Assembly (NCBI RefSeq): GCF_000150275.1
Contig: NW_002060969.1
Coordinates: forward strand, 310,001-374,000
Length of the DNA: 64,000 nucleotides
Origin: Trichoplax adhaerens
Lineage: Eukaryota; Animalia; Placozoa
Direction: 5' to 3'
A program made the translations under genes and the position numbers. This document shows positions 48,073-62,885 of this stretch, one piece after another. Numbering within the stretch: position 1 is the first letter of the stretch; each line of letters begins with the position of its first letter. Under the pieces are notes generated by a model that worked only from the letters and a program-made list of their open reading frames with translations, was not told the origin of the DNA and did not search any database.

Positions 48073-51000
48073 ATGGCCATAATTTTAGATAACGGTTGTT
48101 ACACTTGCAAAGTTGGCTTTTCCAATGAAACTAGACCTCGGTATGCCTTACGTGAAATAGTATGTTTCTAATATTTTTCTAAAGTAATTAGGAAAGCAAT
48201 ACAGCCATTTACCAGCTTACTCGTATGCACAGTTCCACATGTATTCGATAAGCTTGTGGTATTTACTCCTTGTATCCTTTTAGGTGCAGTACACTACTGC
48301 ACAGAGCTGTGAAATAACGAAAACTCTAGTCTGGAATTGATTCTACTGTATTGATGTTATTATAGATTACGTTACTGTACTGTATTACACAGCAGTCTAT
48401 TTCACTTTATATAATCTTCGTAAATAATAACTATGTAAACCATCAAGATGTTCAAAATGAGTACCTTACCGCATAATATGTATCTTTTACCTGCTTTGTG
48501 AAAGATTTCTACAATAACATTTACAATTACATCAGCAACACACGGATTGTAGGATTACTGTCCTTTTGAAATTATAAATGCTGTACAGTATCCTACATAA
48601 AATATTTGCAGTATTGGTCTGTTTCATGCAATCGCGCTATTATGTGATGGTACAGTGACATATGACTATAGTACAGTATAATTGCTGATATTGCGCTTAA
48701 GGCATTTTTCTTACAATTATATAAAGGTCTTTTCTTAAGAATATATCAAAAATTAATTTAGAAATTATACGGGTATTATTTATCTAACATAGCCTAGCTG
48801 TAAATTTTTTTGATTTAATTTATTGTTTTATGCAGATTATGTTCCCGTTTAAATTAATTATTTAAAACGTGTAATTTACTAGTAATATATAATCAAGGAT
48901 TATCGATAAACATTACATAAAAATAACGCTATCCGGATGATTGTTTGATTTAGAGAATTCAGATTTATCCAAGCACAGTCATTTTTAAAATGTTCCACAT
49001 TATGATGCGTGTAAATAAAACGTCAATCATCCATTATCTCATTAAATTTAGGCTTATGCTAAACAGCATAATCAAAGCGAAGAGTGAAAGGAGAACTAGC
49101 TTTATTAGTAACCAAATAAATGATTGCAAGGATCTGTCAGGAATATTCTATTTATTACCTTTACAGAAAGTAGGTTAAAAATATACTGATTATTGCTAAT
49201 ATTGTCTATTGACGGTACTGTACGATTTACACTATGCTAATTCCGATTTATTTCACTTAATGTATGGAAATATTGTTTGACGAACGTACGAATTTCTGAA
49301 TACGTACCTATATGGATTTAACATAATACCTATTGTAGAGGTTATCAGAATGCATTTCGATGATCGGAACATATTACGAAGTACTACGATTTTTCCTTAT
49401 GCTGGTCGTTGTGTACAGTATCTCGTACTCTTGTATGCAGCAGCAGATTAGAAATGTAGACCTTATACGTATTTATAACGCCGAATCTAGCGCAACAAAG
49501 CTCACATCGATTTGTACGCTACTTACTAAAATATGACTAATTAGCCTGACGTGTAGCTAAGATGATACAAGCGAAAAAAATCATGAGATGGATCAGTCAT
49601 TTTGTTTTATTTCATTTAAATTATTAAATGCTGTCTATAAACTTTCAAAAAATTTAGGGATTTCTTATTGACTGGGACCTTGAAAGACAAATCTGGGATT
49701 ATATTTTTTCGAAAGAAAACTTAAACTTAAATGTAAGAAATATTATGACTGTAGAGCTTGTCTTCATGCGATTTTTTGTATCGAATGTTCGTACATACCG
49801 TTTTCCTGCCTCGTTATGAATTCTACCAAGTTTAGATATTTCATCATGCCTTATAAATAGAAAGGGGATTGAAGTTTCTTTGCAATCATCTTGTAAATTC
49901 TTCAGAATGTAATGTTTTCTATAGAATCTTACGATCGCATTTTAGGTAGAATTTCAAGAACATAACATTGTGATCACCGAACCGCACTTCAATTTCACAC
50001 CTGTTCGGGTAATAATTTTTAGTGTCGATTTTTAGTATTGTTAACGACTTCCTTAGGTATAACTATAAGATGTGTCCATTAGTATACGCGTAGTTCTCAG
50101 GTTCTATAAATACTTAAATAAAATGGAAAGAATTAAATTTTCTTTGTTCAATCGTAATTTATGGATCAGAAATCGATGGCTGAAGTAGTATTTGAAGAGT
50201 TTCAATTTAAGGGATTTTACACCACAGCTGGTATTATTATTTGTATATTATAATTACTTGTATATGTAAAAATCGTTAATATCATTAGGTTCTGGAAAGG
50301 AATAATAGTCCGGAGTATCTCATTTGGATTAACTTACAGCTAAAACTTTGCAATTGTAATTGTAGCTTCAACTTTAAGCTCTCGATCATATCTACGGGAA
50401 AGAAATCGCCACTATTGTGTTGTGATAGACAGTGGTTTTTCCTTTACGCATGTTGTTCCGTATTGTCATGACAGAAAGCTTGCTAGGGCAGTAAGGAGGT
50501 CGGTGCATTGGTGGTTGACAACATTTAAACTTTAAGATCATAAAAACTCAGCCTATCATCGATATTACGATATTTCCAGGATTGATGTTGGTGGTAAACT
50601 CATAACAAATCATATGAAGGATCTTATTTCGTATAGGTAAGGTCACAGATGAGATAACTCTTTACGGCATGGTTTCCTGACTAGCTTTAATTAATGACCC
50701 TACAGACAATTGAATGTCATGGATGAGACATACGTCGTAAATCAGGTATTAAATAATAAAGGATAATAACGCTTGAAATTTATAGATGTAATTCAGAAGT
50801 TTTTTCCGAGAAGTAACTTCTTTTTACTGTATTAGTTAAAAGAAGGAGCATGCTTCGTTTCAAAAGATTTTTTTGCTGACATGGAATTGGCTAAGTAAGA
50901 TTAAAAGTATGAATAAAAATTTAATTTTTTAGTAAGATTCATTTACGTAGGCAATATTATTCAATCTAGAAATAGTGACAGGAAAGTTTCGTGTAAGTAC

Positions 51001-52376
51001 GTTTTACCTGACTTCCAAAACATCAAGCAGGGATACATACAGGATGATAAGGTAGAATCATCATTGTTTTCATTTGATACATATTACGTGACATACCAAA
51101 TATGAGTACGACATAGTCAATTTCATTCAAAGCATTCAGGGTCTCGGCTAGCTGTTAGCGAAGAGCAGGTATATGATCAGTTGTACTTACTCTAATTTGA
51201 GAATCTATCACTGTTATGTATGTAATATTGTATTCGCTAGATTGTGAAACTTAAGAATGAAAGATTTACCGTTCCCGAAGTTCTATTCAATCCATCTTAC
51301 ATAGGTAGTTTTAAGGTTTCAAGCAATAAAGATTATTGAAATATTTGTATTCTGAATGCTACCATCTCTAATCTATGTAGGAATTAATCAAATTGGAATA
51401 TCTGAGGCCATTGTTAATGCTCTAGATGCAACGCCAAGAGGTAGGAGTACAGCATTTACTGTAATCATAATACGAGATATCGTGTAATGTTATACATATG
51501 AGGTAGGATAGTGTTATAGTTATAGGATGGTGTTTTGATATTGATAGGCTATTAATGATTAGAGTAACCGCACAATGTGAGCAAGAAATGAATTTTATCT
51601 GTATTTTTGCCTTAAATAGAAATACAACCATTGTTGTATAAAAATATTATTCTTACTGGTGGAAATGCAAAATTGCCTGGCTTTAAAGAGAGAATGTAGG
51701 TTATAGATTTCTCAACTAACTGAATGTAATTGATTTAAGATATCTCTTGCAACCGATACATCTTTTTTGTAATGATGAAGTAATCTTGAAATAACTTGAT
51801 TCGAGAATCTTCTATATGTTCTACTGACTGAAAGCTATTGCTTGTCCAGTTTTATCTGCTATCCTTTACTCGTTTTTTGTTTCTAATCTTGACACTACAA
51901 TAACTCGCTTCATAAATTTACGGTAATAACCGATCATACTAATGAGTAGTTAGCTTCAGATACTACAAGAAAGGTCAAGCTTGAGGCTTTACATTGTTCA
52001 CCGTCTTTAATTCATGATCATTGTCCGGCCATGTAAATTCTTTTAATTATAATGAAAAAGGATCCCCAATTAACATTACATTATTATGCTCTTTACATAA
52101 AATTACAGATTCAACGATGTTCGCTCTATTACTAATGCAGATTTCGACGTTCAAATTTTTTCACCTGAAGAGTAAGTATTTATGTTAGCATTACTAAATT
52201 TTTTTGCATAATAGTTTATGTAGTATTGGTATTGTCTTTGCTATTACAGTCCTGTAACATACGCCTGGGAGTGTGGAGCTAAGGAAGTCCGTGATGGTGC
52301 TCTTGATAACCTATTTGTATCTCGAAAAGAATATGAAGAATTTGGCTATAATATCTGTAGAAATCGATTTTTTTAG
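48073..52376 (+). CDS. ACTR6: Actin-related protein 6 (SWR1/SRCAP complex)
   Basis: [136 protein letters not shown]; stop at 52374-52376. Confidence 0.95.
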
Positions 52377-53821
52377 AAAATTTTATTTTTCTAATTGAGC
52401 GTCATGCCATATACAACATTATTTGCCTACTTATATAATTAAATTTTAATGTATTAAACAAAAGGTATATTAAAATTATTTTGGAATTTTCTTGGGAATT
52501 GCTCAACGATTTCTGTGTAATCAAGCATTAAAGTCGCATCTGCAGTAATGCCCTAGGGTAGCCTTGCAATAATACCGTATGGTTTGGTCAGTAATTTGCA
52601 CAAACCTTTAAGCCTGAAGCATACAGTAAATGAAATATATGAAAAAATCTAGGGCATCAATCTGTATGCGTGCATACACTTAAATGCATATACTATGTAG
52701 CGCATACGTAGATGTGTATTTCGTTGATAAAATGTTAACTTCTCACTGCGCTTCAAGAACATGAAAAGCCTCCACGGACAAGCGCAATCTACGTAGGAAA
52801 GAGAATGTAATGAAATGATCCTTACATACTGATTTATTTTTTATTATATTATGCACTACTAGTTCTTTCTCTACCGCTAAGAACGATTCATAAGCGCTCT
52901 TACTAAAATTGGAGTATCGATCATCTGTAGTCCTATTTTATGAATGAAAGCCTACTACTGTACAATAGATTGCACATGAACAACTTTATATCCACTTCGA
53001 ATTTCTATACGACATACTTTCCATTGCAAGACGTTACCTAACCACTCTTTAAAGTGCAGTAATCTGCATACTATAAAGGGTGGTACTATTGATAATACCA
53101 ATATTGAGTTTACATACACATCGCACTATTTGAATGAAATATAAGCATACTTGTGCAGTGGTTACAATACAGTATAAACCGTTTCGTGTAGACATAGGCT
53201 TCATAGTGCAGTATCTTTATAAACGAAAAGACAGGATGTTCTGTCAGTCCCTGGTTTGCAAACTCTAAAGATTGGATAACAGTGGCTATTCTCAACTCCC
53301 TCTCGATCCATAAGTTGACCCATTGTTGTACTGAATGATCTTATAATGTACACGCGTTTTCTATACTGGTTCTATTAATAATATAGTATAACAAGTGATT
53401 ACTATAGTTGTCTGTGTCATGAGCAGGTGAAATCATAGCACCGAATGCTCGCTTACAGTATAGCACGCGAAACTAAGAATTCGTAAACTGTAATAGATCA
53501 AATATGCTATAACGCTAAATTTTAGTTTATATTTATAAATTTAAGTCCAGCTTCTTAAATACTTACACCTTAGTGTCATAGCCAAATCATGATCTAAAAG
53601 CATTATACTTTATTTCAATTTACCTCAAATGCTTAATGAAACCGATGAAGTACAGCAAATTAAAAAGCTCGTTCTAATCTATATAAAAGGAACGGCAATA
53701 CTATTAAAGCGTGAGCTGTGCGAACTTTCACTAACATGCTATAGATCTCATAAAGTAATCCGCACTTATAATTTCTATTAATAATCAATCGTACTAATAC
53801 CGTATCTGATGTATGAAATTA

Positions 53822-55330
53822 CTACATATGAAGCTGAATCTTGCTACGCAATCGATCTTCTGCAGCGCCACTAACTTCGTCAATCTATCCGTCATTTAAT
53901 GAAACGATAAAAGATATGATTTAATAGCATCACATGACAATTTCTAAATTTCAGCGTATGTATTTAACAAAAGTTATAAAGCATTTCACAGCTTTGAATT
54001 TTCTAGATCTTAGCAAGTCAGCACACACTACCTTAGAGCCGTTCTTATAAAAAGCAAACGTCGGCATCGCTCTTATACCAACGAATTCGGCGGTCTCCTG
54101 CAATTATATTTACTATATATTTGTTGTTTGATCTTCTAAACTTTAATTGTAGCCCGAGAATATGAAACAATTAAGTCTATTCCATGATATCTTGCGCCTT
54201 TACATACCTCATTCTCATCAACATCAATTTTAGCAAAGACCACGTCCTTATATTCATCGCTTTCGCTCATTTTCTGATGCGGCAAAAGACAGATTTTGTT
54301 AAATAATTATCAATCAAAGTGTAATTAAGGTACACGTAGACAATGTGCGCATAGTCGTAACACTAAGTCAGATTGATATTATTATTCAAAGGTATTCATT
54401 ATAATTATCAAGTGGGGCAAAGCATAATTCTAACCTCAAAAATAGGCCCAATAAGTTTACACGGTTGACACCAGGTAGCGAAAAAATCAAATACTACTAA
54501 TTTATCCTTTGCGTCTGAAAGAAATTTGTCAAACGCCTCCTGCAAAGTAATTTTTATTGTTAAGTACAGTACAGTATTAAGCTTCGAAGAAATACTTGTA
54601 CCCTTCATTATTGTAATTTTATTGCATCAACAAAGACAATATGTTCAGGTGCATTAAACAGTAATTTACATTAATACACGCAAGCGAAGATATAACATCC
54701 ATATTACGAAATGGATAAGCGGTCATGAATCGTAAATATTACTTTATAATTTTTTAATTGCATATGTACAATATGCAAAAGAACATTTATAAATATACAG
54801 TATGTTATATAATATAATCAGGGAAACAATATACAGTACAGTACACTATAATAGTATACTGTATACTGTATATAATCATAACTCTGATTACACAGGAACT
54901 AAAACAGTCGCGATGTTACTCTTAAATTAAGTTAAATATGCTAGTCTTGGATCAAATTTAGCAGAGATCTAAGCTTCTAAACCAGCCAAGAGCGATTCAA
55001 TCTATAGTTGCAGTAAATGATTTATTTTATGACAACTAAAATTTTTGACTGATGTTAAAAATTTATTCTAAGAAGAAACTTAAAAATTGCATAAATGTTA
55101 AGGGATCAAACGCTTCAGCACTTTCCTAGTACAGAACAGTACAATAATTTAGTATTTATTTATCCATTTTAGCAGGGATTGCAAATTAGAGTCAAATGCG
55201 ATATTTTGGTATGCTATAGAGTACGTGCGTATACTTAGAGGCAAAGGGATAGTTTTAGATTAATAGCTTACTAAGTAAGTGCTATGTAGGAAGATAAAAT
55301 CTCCACCTTAGTCTCAATTACTTGCACCAT
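53822..55330 (-). CDS. TXN: Cytosolic thioredoxin (107 aa) with a variant WCQPC active site
   Basis: Exons 55330-55307 (MVQVIETK), 54539-54435 (EAFDKFLSDAKDKLVVFDFFATWCQPCKLIGPIFE), 54273-54208 (..VFAKIDVDENE), 54097-54032 (..GIRAMPTFAFYKNGSK) and 53884-53822. All introns are phase 0. Confidence 0.9.
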
Positions 55331-55454
55331 CTTGCTTTCTTAAATTTTCTGTACTTGCCACAGGATCGCGTTTGCAGTGGTACAGTTCATGGAAACTGGA
55401 AACTGGTAACTCATCATCAGCAGCGAATAGTTTCACACTTTCACACCATGCGAC

Positions 55455-55985
55455 CCTGTACAGTCTAAGTGTACAGTACAGTACTGTACTGTACACTGCC
55501 ATGGACTAAACGACTAAAGTGTACAGTACTGTACACTACAGTGTTTTATGACGACCTTCATATAGTACTGTACTGTATTATGTAGAAGAATAGCTGGACC
55601 ATGGGCTGGACAGTGGACAGTCCTCATTTCGTCCACAAATTGTGTCAAACACTTCGTTATGAATACACCTTTAGTATGCGGAAAGACGATTCTGAATTGA
55701 ATGATTTTTTTCTAAATTAAATAATATTATATTGTATTACTTGTTGCTAAGCTCTGCTTATATACAGTATTTATAAGAAGCTGTTCATATGCTAGATGTC
55801 GGTATAAACTACTGTATTTGCACGTTAGTTTTAGTTACATTTTTCCCTGTTAAAGTAAGTATCTAAAACGAAATTAAAGACGCTATACTGTACAATATAT
55901 TTCTAGCAGTCTATCATTGTACTGTATGTACTGTACGGTGACCGAGGAGGGCCAGTACTGTACTGTACAGACGTACAGTATATCA
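55455..55985. repeat. (TACTG/CAGTA)n patches upstream of thioredoxin
   Basis: Dense at 55455-55580 and 55915-55985. Confidence 0.8.
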
Positions 55986-56934
55986 CGAGTAGATTCTTAT
56001 ACTCGCGAACGCGTTCTCATACAGTAGATGTTAATTAATTAGTTGTCAATGGTAGCGTGATCAGTACAAATAAGTATAAGTTTTCATTTCTCGCCAGCTA
56101 AGTTATTAACGAAAGGCTTACTGAGCAATGTATATACTTGCAGATGTCTTGAATCCATTTTTCTCTCCGACATTAACAATAATTATGAGCGAAAATTAAT
56201 AGAAAAGACTGACTGAGAAACAATACCGAACGCTATTTCTATTTGATAAAACGGCGGGTTAAAAATGGTAGACGGTAATAGCGTAATGTTTTACGATACC
56301 AACAAGTACAGCATTAAATCTAGAAGTTTAAAGCTCATACCGGCCGTACCGTAGAAATACAATACATTGCGGATCCGGTTTTTTAATTATAAAGGATATG
56401 TAAATCTATTAAGATTTCCCTGTTGAATCCTTATAACATCCGATTCTGCAAGTAAAATCTTGTATCAAGAATTCAACGTCCATTCTCGATACGCTGTAGC
56501 TGGTGTGGTGTCGTGATACTCGATTATATATTTATTAGAGACTCAGCAAGATCAATACTATAGTGTCATCTTAGAGATAACTAAAAATAGAACGCAAATA
56601 CACCAACAAAAATCTTACTGTTAAATAATTATAATTAATAACTCAACATACAAATACGAAATCGCATTTTAAAGTTAAAACAGTTTATTTATTGCACGTT
56701 GAACTCACAATCCACTTAGATATAGTACTATAGTGAGATCACTATATTTGTAAATTGTGCTATGAATTGTTTAATTTACGTTTGCTTGTTGTCTGCAGAT
56801 GCCAAATCAATTTAGTAGACGCACCGTTCTATCTGTAATATTTTCTTGTAAAGTTTGTTTTATGCTTAAATTTTTATACATTACACATTAACGTTGATGC
56901 GACTTGCTTTATAGATTACGATCTACGAGTACAT

Positions 56935-59900
56935 TTACCATTTGACAGATATGGCATTTTGAGATTGACTCTTATCATAATAAGTGGTGTATAGCATCTT
57001 TCTAGCCTGTAAACGCATCATTGAATAGACAAAGATAACTTTAAGGATTAACAATATACAGCGTAATTCAGCTATAAAACGAGTATAATATAAATTGCCA
57101 TTGTTAATAATAATCACTAGTGCACTGATTAAGCTAATGTAAGAAATTACGGAGTTACAACGGGAAGCTAATATATCTCAACAACTTCATTATAAAATAC
57201 TTGCAAAATTACTAAATAGTTCTACCTTATAGCTATCAGACCCATCAAGCCATTCCCTGAATAAAAGAGTAAAATTGTTGTTATTAGTGCTAGATATTCC
57301 CGTTCGTTTATCCAATTCGACTATCTCACTAATTTATTAGGCTGCTACAACTCCCGATACGTAAAATCCTCCATTAGTGATAAAATATATTGCTAGAATT
57401 CATACGCATATAATTCTAATGACTAAGAATTGCAATTAATCTAATGTATCATATCTTAATTGCTACCATTTTTCTTAAGAGAACCCTACCAAGTATTACT
57501 TAACAGTTAAAATTACCGAATTGACACCGTGCGTATTACTCACTTATACAAAGCTTGTACTAAATCGTTTTCATTCGGTTTCCTTTTACTGTGTAACATC
57601 CAATTTAAAGAGAATGATAACATCCTTAATGAATCAACGTCCAGAAAAATATACATATACAGTACTTTGATCTGCTTAGTTTTACCCAGCTGAGTTATAA
57701 CATTTTTCTAATTTCATCAAGTGGAGCCGTAAATTTGAATCCAAGTCTATTTTCGGCTGCCCACCCCCATTTAAGCACCCTAAGAACCATCAAAAATAAA
57801 ATAAGTTCAAAGTTAGTATATCTATTACATTATTTATTTGATCGCTAATCGTAGCTGTTTGAAATAATCACAAATGATATTCAGTCTGACCTCCTGGACA
57901 TGCCATAATTTCCACATAATCGTATAAACATTTACCGCGTTTCATTCTTTGAACGATATTCTACAAAGCATAAGCAGCACTTAAACTTTACCTGATTGTA
58001 TCGATATTCCAAAAATAATTGATGAATCATTTTGTATGGGAGTAACATATTTGTATGAAATGCACAATAACTTACCTGAATGTTTCTGAACCCATACACA
58101 ATAGCCCCTTTTAGGACAGATTTGCCGTCGATCTATGATAATCATAATTGAAGCATTAAGTTGACCATTGCACATAATTTAACGCAGAACCTGCGTTATA
58201 AATTTAGCCTATCATTTACTGTAAGAATAACTTCTCTGAAATCCTTATTTCGCACAGTTTTATAAATCATATTTTGTATTTTCAACTGAAATATCTAGCA
58301 AAATAAGGAACATAAGTTAAACAACCTGTTAATAATAAGAGTTAATTAATATATGAACATAACTTGATACAAACTACCAAAATCATTTCACCTCAGCTGC
58401 AGCTGTTTTAAAAACATTTTCCAAGTAGCCACCCTAAAGAATTGCGTGCATGAAGGCAACAATTTCTGCTTCTAAATATTGTACCACCTACCCATTAAAA
58501 TTAACTGTAGCGTAATATACACACTTACTGAACCTCCACCATCATGTGTTAGCACCTCATTATTTTCATCCACGCTTACAAAACTATTTACAGACATTTA
58601 AATATTATCATCACTTAGTGACTAGTAGTCATATATAGCTTCTGTAAGTAAGGTATGGTCATTAGCACCCTATACATATCTTGTTTAGTACATATAAAAT
58701 CTACAAGCGCGTTAGCTACTTTGTATACCATAGAGCTGATTTACTTACGGTCTATCTAAATTTTCAGATGTTCCGTTTACTACAACACAACCTCTTTCGT
58801 TAAAGATTTCCATTACTTCACCTTCAGATCAAACTTTAATTGTAAATACGGGTTAAAAATAGCTAATCCTATAAATATTAGTAAACCTGAGGTTAAAACG
58901 CAATCGACATCAGCAGCATTCAGGCTTTCATTGTAAAAATCATTTCTGGAAGCTTCTAGTTTCTTGTCGTAGCACGGCATTACAGTTACATGGTAGATGT
59001 CACTGGGGCTGCAAAATAAAAGTTTCCGTTGTTACTCATTTCATTTGATTTTGTTTCTTATTTGATATCAGTGCGACACTATAAAAGGACCATCTTTACC
59101 GTTTCCCAATTTGATTAGCAAAATAATCCTTAATTAGACTTCCCATGATCTGTTGTGGTGACTTTACGGCACTACAAATAACACAAGATTTCGGTTCTTG
59201 AAGCTATATTGCACCTACTTACCGTTGGAAAATTGCATAAAATGCTACAGGGCCATTGAGGCAGAGGATTAAATTGCAGTAATTTAAGTCGTAAGACAAG
59301 ATATGTCACATATAGTTGAGATTACCTGAGGTAAGGTAATATAAATTTACCATGAATTTTCTCAGCGTAACAAATCCATCCTAAAAGTTATCAAATTTCT
59401 TCAATTACGAAAGTTATTATAAGGAAACCAATACATTATGCTTTAAGTTAATAAGAAACGCTATTGCCTATATTGACACACATGTAGTTAATATACACTG
59501 TACAAGTTACCTGGGCACGCAGATGCAAATACCGGTAGTTTACATGGACTGCTGCTACAATAGCGATCGATGAATTCCCGCTGGCTAAAGGGTTTCCAAT
59601 ATACAAATATCAGTCGTAATATTAAACAAAGTGGACGAAATTTAGATATAAGTGTAAAATGATAAGATCTAAAGTTAATAGTTAAATATCTGCCCTTTAT
59701 ATGTATCAATAGAAAGTAAAGTTACCTCTCTATTAGACTAAAATCTCGAGCGAAAGTGGCATCGAAAACGTAAGAAGCTCCTAATATAGCAACCAAATGT
59801 ATCGTTGTAACACTAGTGCAATAGTTACAAGTGGTAATCATGCGTTATGTAACTGTTAAATATCAGACCTAAAACCTTCTTAAATGTTGCTGCTAACATT

Positions 59901-61491
59901 TTACCAATCTAGAACAAATAATGTCAGAACGTATATTATAGAGAGATCATTTTTTCGTGCTAGGCATAATTACGCAATTTAAAACCATAGCAAGTTTCTA
60001 ACAAAGTACATATGTCTGAGCCGAAAACTATCAAAAAGGAAAAATATTTCCGTTTAAAGGATGTAACTTTCGTTATGAACCTGATTTATATCTAGATTAT
60101 AATTCACAGCCAGCGCTGCACGGGACTGGGGTGATATAGATACTATAATAGTTTTCATTCTTGATTCTTGATGTGTCTATCAAAATTATAAATATATATG
60201 ATTCACTAATAGCTAATTCATGCAAATGCAGATTGAAACTCTTTAATCTATTTGCTTAATTTATAGTTTATCTATGATTCTACCAAAGACTTAGATAAAA
60301 AGGGTGCAAGATCAAAATTATGCTTATATATGTATTTAATTCTACGCTTATACATACTTCTTGTAGCCTTTGATTCTTATCTAGAATGGCGTAAAATTCC
60401 TCTTTACTTTGCTTACTAATAAGCACACTCTCAGCTGATGTTATGCATCCGCTATATTCGCAGAAGACAAGGTTTAAAAAGATATTTTGTTAGGATTTTA
60501 CTTAAAAAGTTCTTACTTACTATTTATCTAACCTGCATGCCAAGCAGTCGTTTAACGAGATTTTCACTTTCTCTGACTGCGAACGATGATTGTACTAAGA
60601 TCGTATAATGTAGAAAGAAACACATTAATAATGCAACAATATGAATGTCCTGTGAAATAGTATTCCGCATTAAAACCATCCATAATGCATCAGGACAAGT
60701 TTTGAAGCATTTAATCGCTACCATCTAAAGTTGAATCCGCGAATTGTTACACTGTCAGCTGTCATTGACAGTACTATAACTTAAAATCGTATCAACTCCA
60801 GGGGAATAAGAGAAAACGCTCGTTTAATTTAAAATAAGTTGGACATAAGATATAATAAATCACGGTCATGAATGGATAGTTACGATGAAGCCTGGACTAT
60901 CAAATAATTATTAAGGAGAAATAACCCGTATACTGTACAGCATTGCTTCATATCGAGCATACCTGTAGTGTTCACTAATGATATAAGAATTGATCTTTTA
61001 AATTTAAAATATTATAGTATATATAATTAATATACGCGTAAATTTTAAAATCAGTCATGAGCCGGAACAGAAACTATATATGTGTATATAAACTAGGAGC
61101 CGCAGGCAATTACAGAACTCAACTCAGGTTTAATATTACTGTAGACCCATCACGCTAGAAGACACTTATATACTTGTTTGGCTAAACAGGTCTAATTTCA
61201 GTACTGTTTGGACTGCTAGGTATTGCAATCAAATACGGTACTTCGTTTTTACCTTTTCGTGTTTATCCAACTTCGATGTGATTGGTTTTATACATTCCTA
61301 CACAAATATAAATTTAGATTTATCCTTAAAGAATTTATTCTATGCATAAACTACTAACAAATATTTGATGTACTTTACGGGCTGTACTAACGTAGGTAGT
61401 TTATGTACTGTATACGTATGTTCAGCATTACCTGGGAAGGATTGATAAAATCATCTACATCGGCTATTTTCAGTACGCTGCTAAATGCCAT
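56935..61491 (-). CDS. CIAO3: Cytosolic Fe-S cluster assembly factor CIAO3/NARFL (iron-only hydrogenase-like, Nar1)
   Basis: [117 protein letters not shown]; ends ...ISVKW* at 56935. Confidence 0.95.
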
Positions 61492-61649
61492 TCCACAGAT
61501 TCCATGTGCTGTACTATCCACTCACTCTCTCAGTAGTCACACAGATGAGTACTTTCGGATCCAATGCTATTGCAAACTTTGCGTTTAATTAATTAAGGAA
61601 CTCCTATCAGCGACTTCTGCTCGTATTACACTAGCGACATCTTAAAAAA

Positions 61650-62035
61650 TGTACAGTACTTCAGCTTAACACGTACTGTACAGTATACAGATAATACAGT
61701 ACTGTAAAAGAAAGAAAAATGACTACAGTACAGTAGACTGATACTGTACTGTAAGTTACAGTACTGTAGTTACAGAGTTACAGTACAGTACTGTACAGTA
61801 CAGTACAGTACTGTACAGTACACGTAATCTTCTGTACTATGTACTGTACAGTACAGTACATTGTACAGTACTGTACTGTACAGATTACGGGATTTGAAGT
61901 CAAGTACTGTACTGTACGGCATCAGAGATTTTAAGATTTGGAAAACAAAATCAACGCACTGTACACTGTACAGTGTACGGTACATGTACTGTACAGTACA
62001 GTACTTTGATTTCGTTTTCCAAATCTTAAAATCTC
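61650..62035. repeat. Pentamer island with a 30-bp inverted repeat in the CIAO3/WIP divergent intergenic region
   Basis: Arms at 61925-61954 (gagattttaagatttggaaaacaaaatcaa) and 62006-62035 (reverse complement, 1 mismatch) enclose TACTG/CAGTA units. Confidence 0.9.
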
Positions 62036-62885
62036 CAATAGAAGCAGAAGGAATGAAAACGAATTGCCTATATTAAGCATTAATATTTTGATCAAATTTT
62101 TTTGATAACTACTAAACTATACATAATTAATTAACAAGCCTATCACCGATTTACTTACCTATCATTTGTCTGCGCAGGATACTATAAGGTAGCTACAATG
62201 CATTAGAATACTAACCGACGGTAATCAATAAATGCCAAATTAAGGACCCTGCTGTACACTGTACCGTAGACCGTAGCTTGCCATCGTGTAAAAAAAGCCT
62301 AATTTTGATCATTCCGATTCTCTTAATTTTTCATTGTATCTATTTAATCCTAAGTTATATTTGAACGTTTATCATTGTGATCTTGGCGTAGTATTAGCTA
62401 AGTACTGTGTGTATTGCATATTACTCTATCGCAATAGCTCTGCTAATTAGCTCTTGAGTCTTGACTGCATTCACTCGAATTTACCACTGGTCAAGTCAAT
62501 TAAACTAAATAAATCATCAGTTTCTCGACCACTACTGTACCTGCCGTCCTGCCTAATATCACTGTAAGTCTGCTGATAGTAATATAATTTTCTAGAATAC
62601 AGTAGCATCATTAGTTCACCAAAATATCACGATTGCTAAAACTATGGTTAAACTCATTCAGTAAGGCGACGGGGACAAATATCTGATAATTTTGGCACTA
62701 ATTACGAAATTGTTACAGTACCTAATACCTTGATATAATGTTGGTCTTCGAAGCTAACATAGCACTATAAAATTTAAATTTATGTAAAATACTAGTTCGT
62801 ATTATTAAAAGATTATTAGTCGTGTTTTATTGTACTCCTGGCTAAAATTATTCTCAAACTTAGATTCGTACAGTATACGACAAAA

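Noticed and set aside
48272-48281. GTATCCTTTT, a U12-type 5' splice-site lookalike in ACTR6 intron 1
   Set aside because: The coding frame is already satisfied by the GT donor at 48141 and no exon ends at this position; probably chance.
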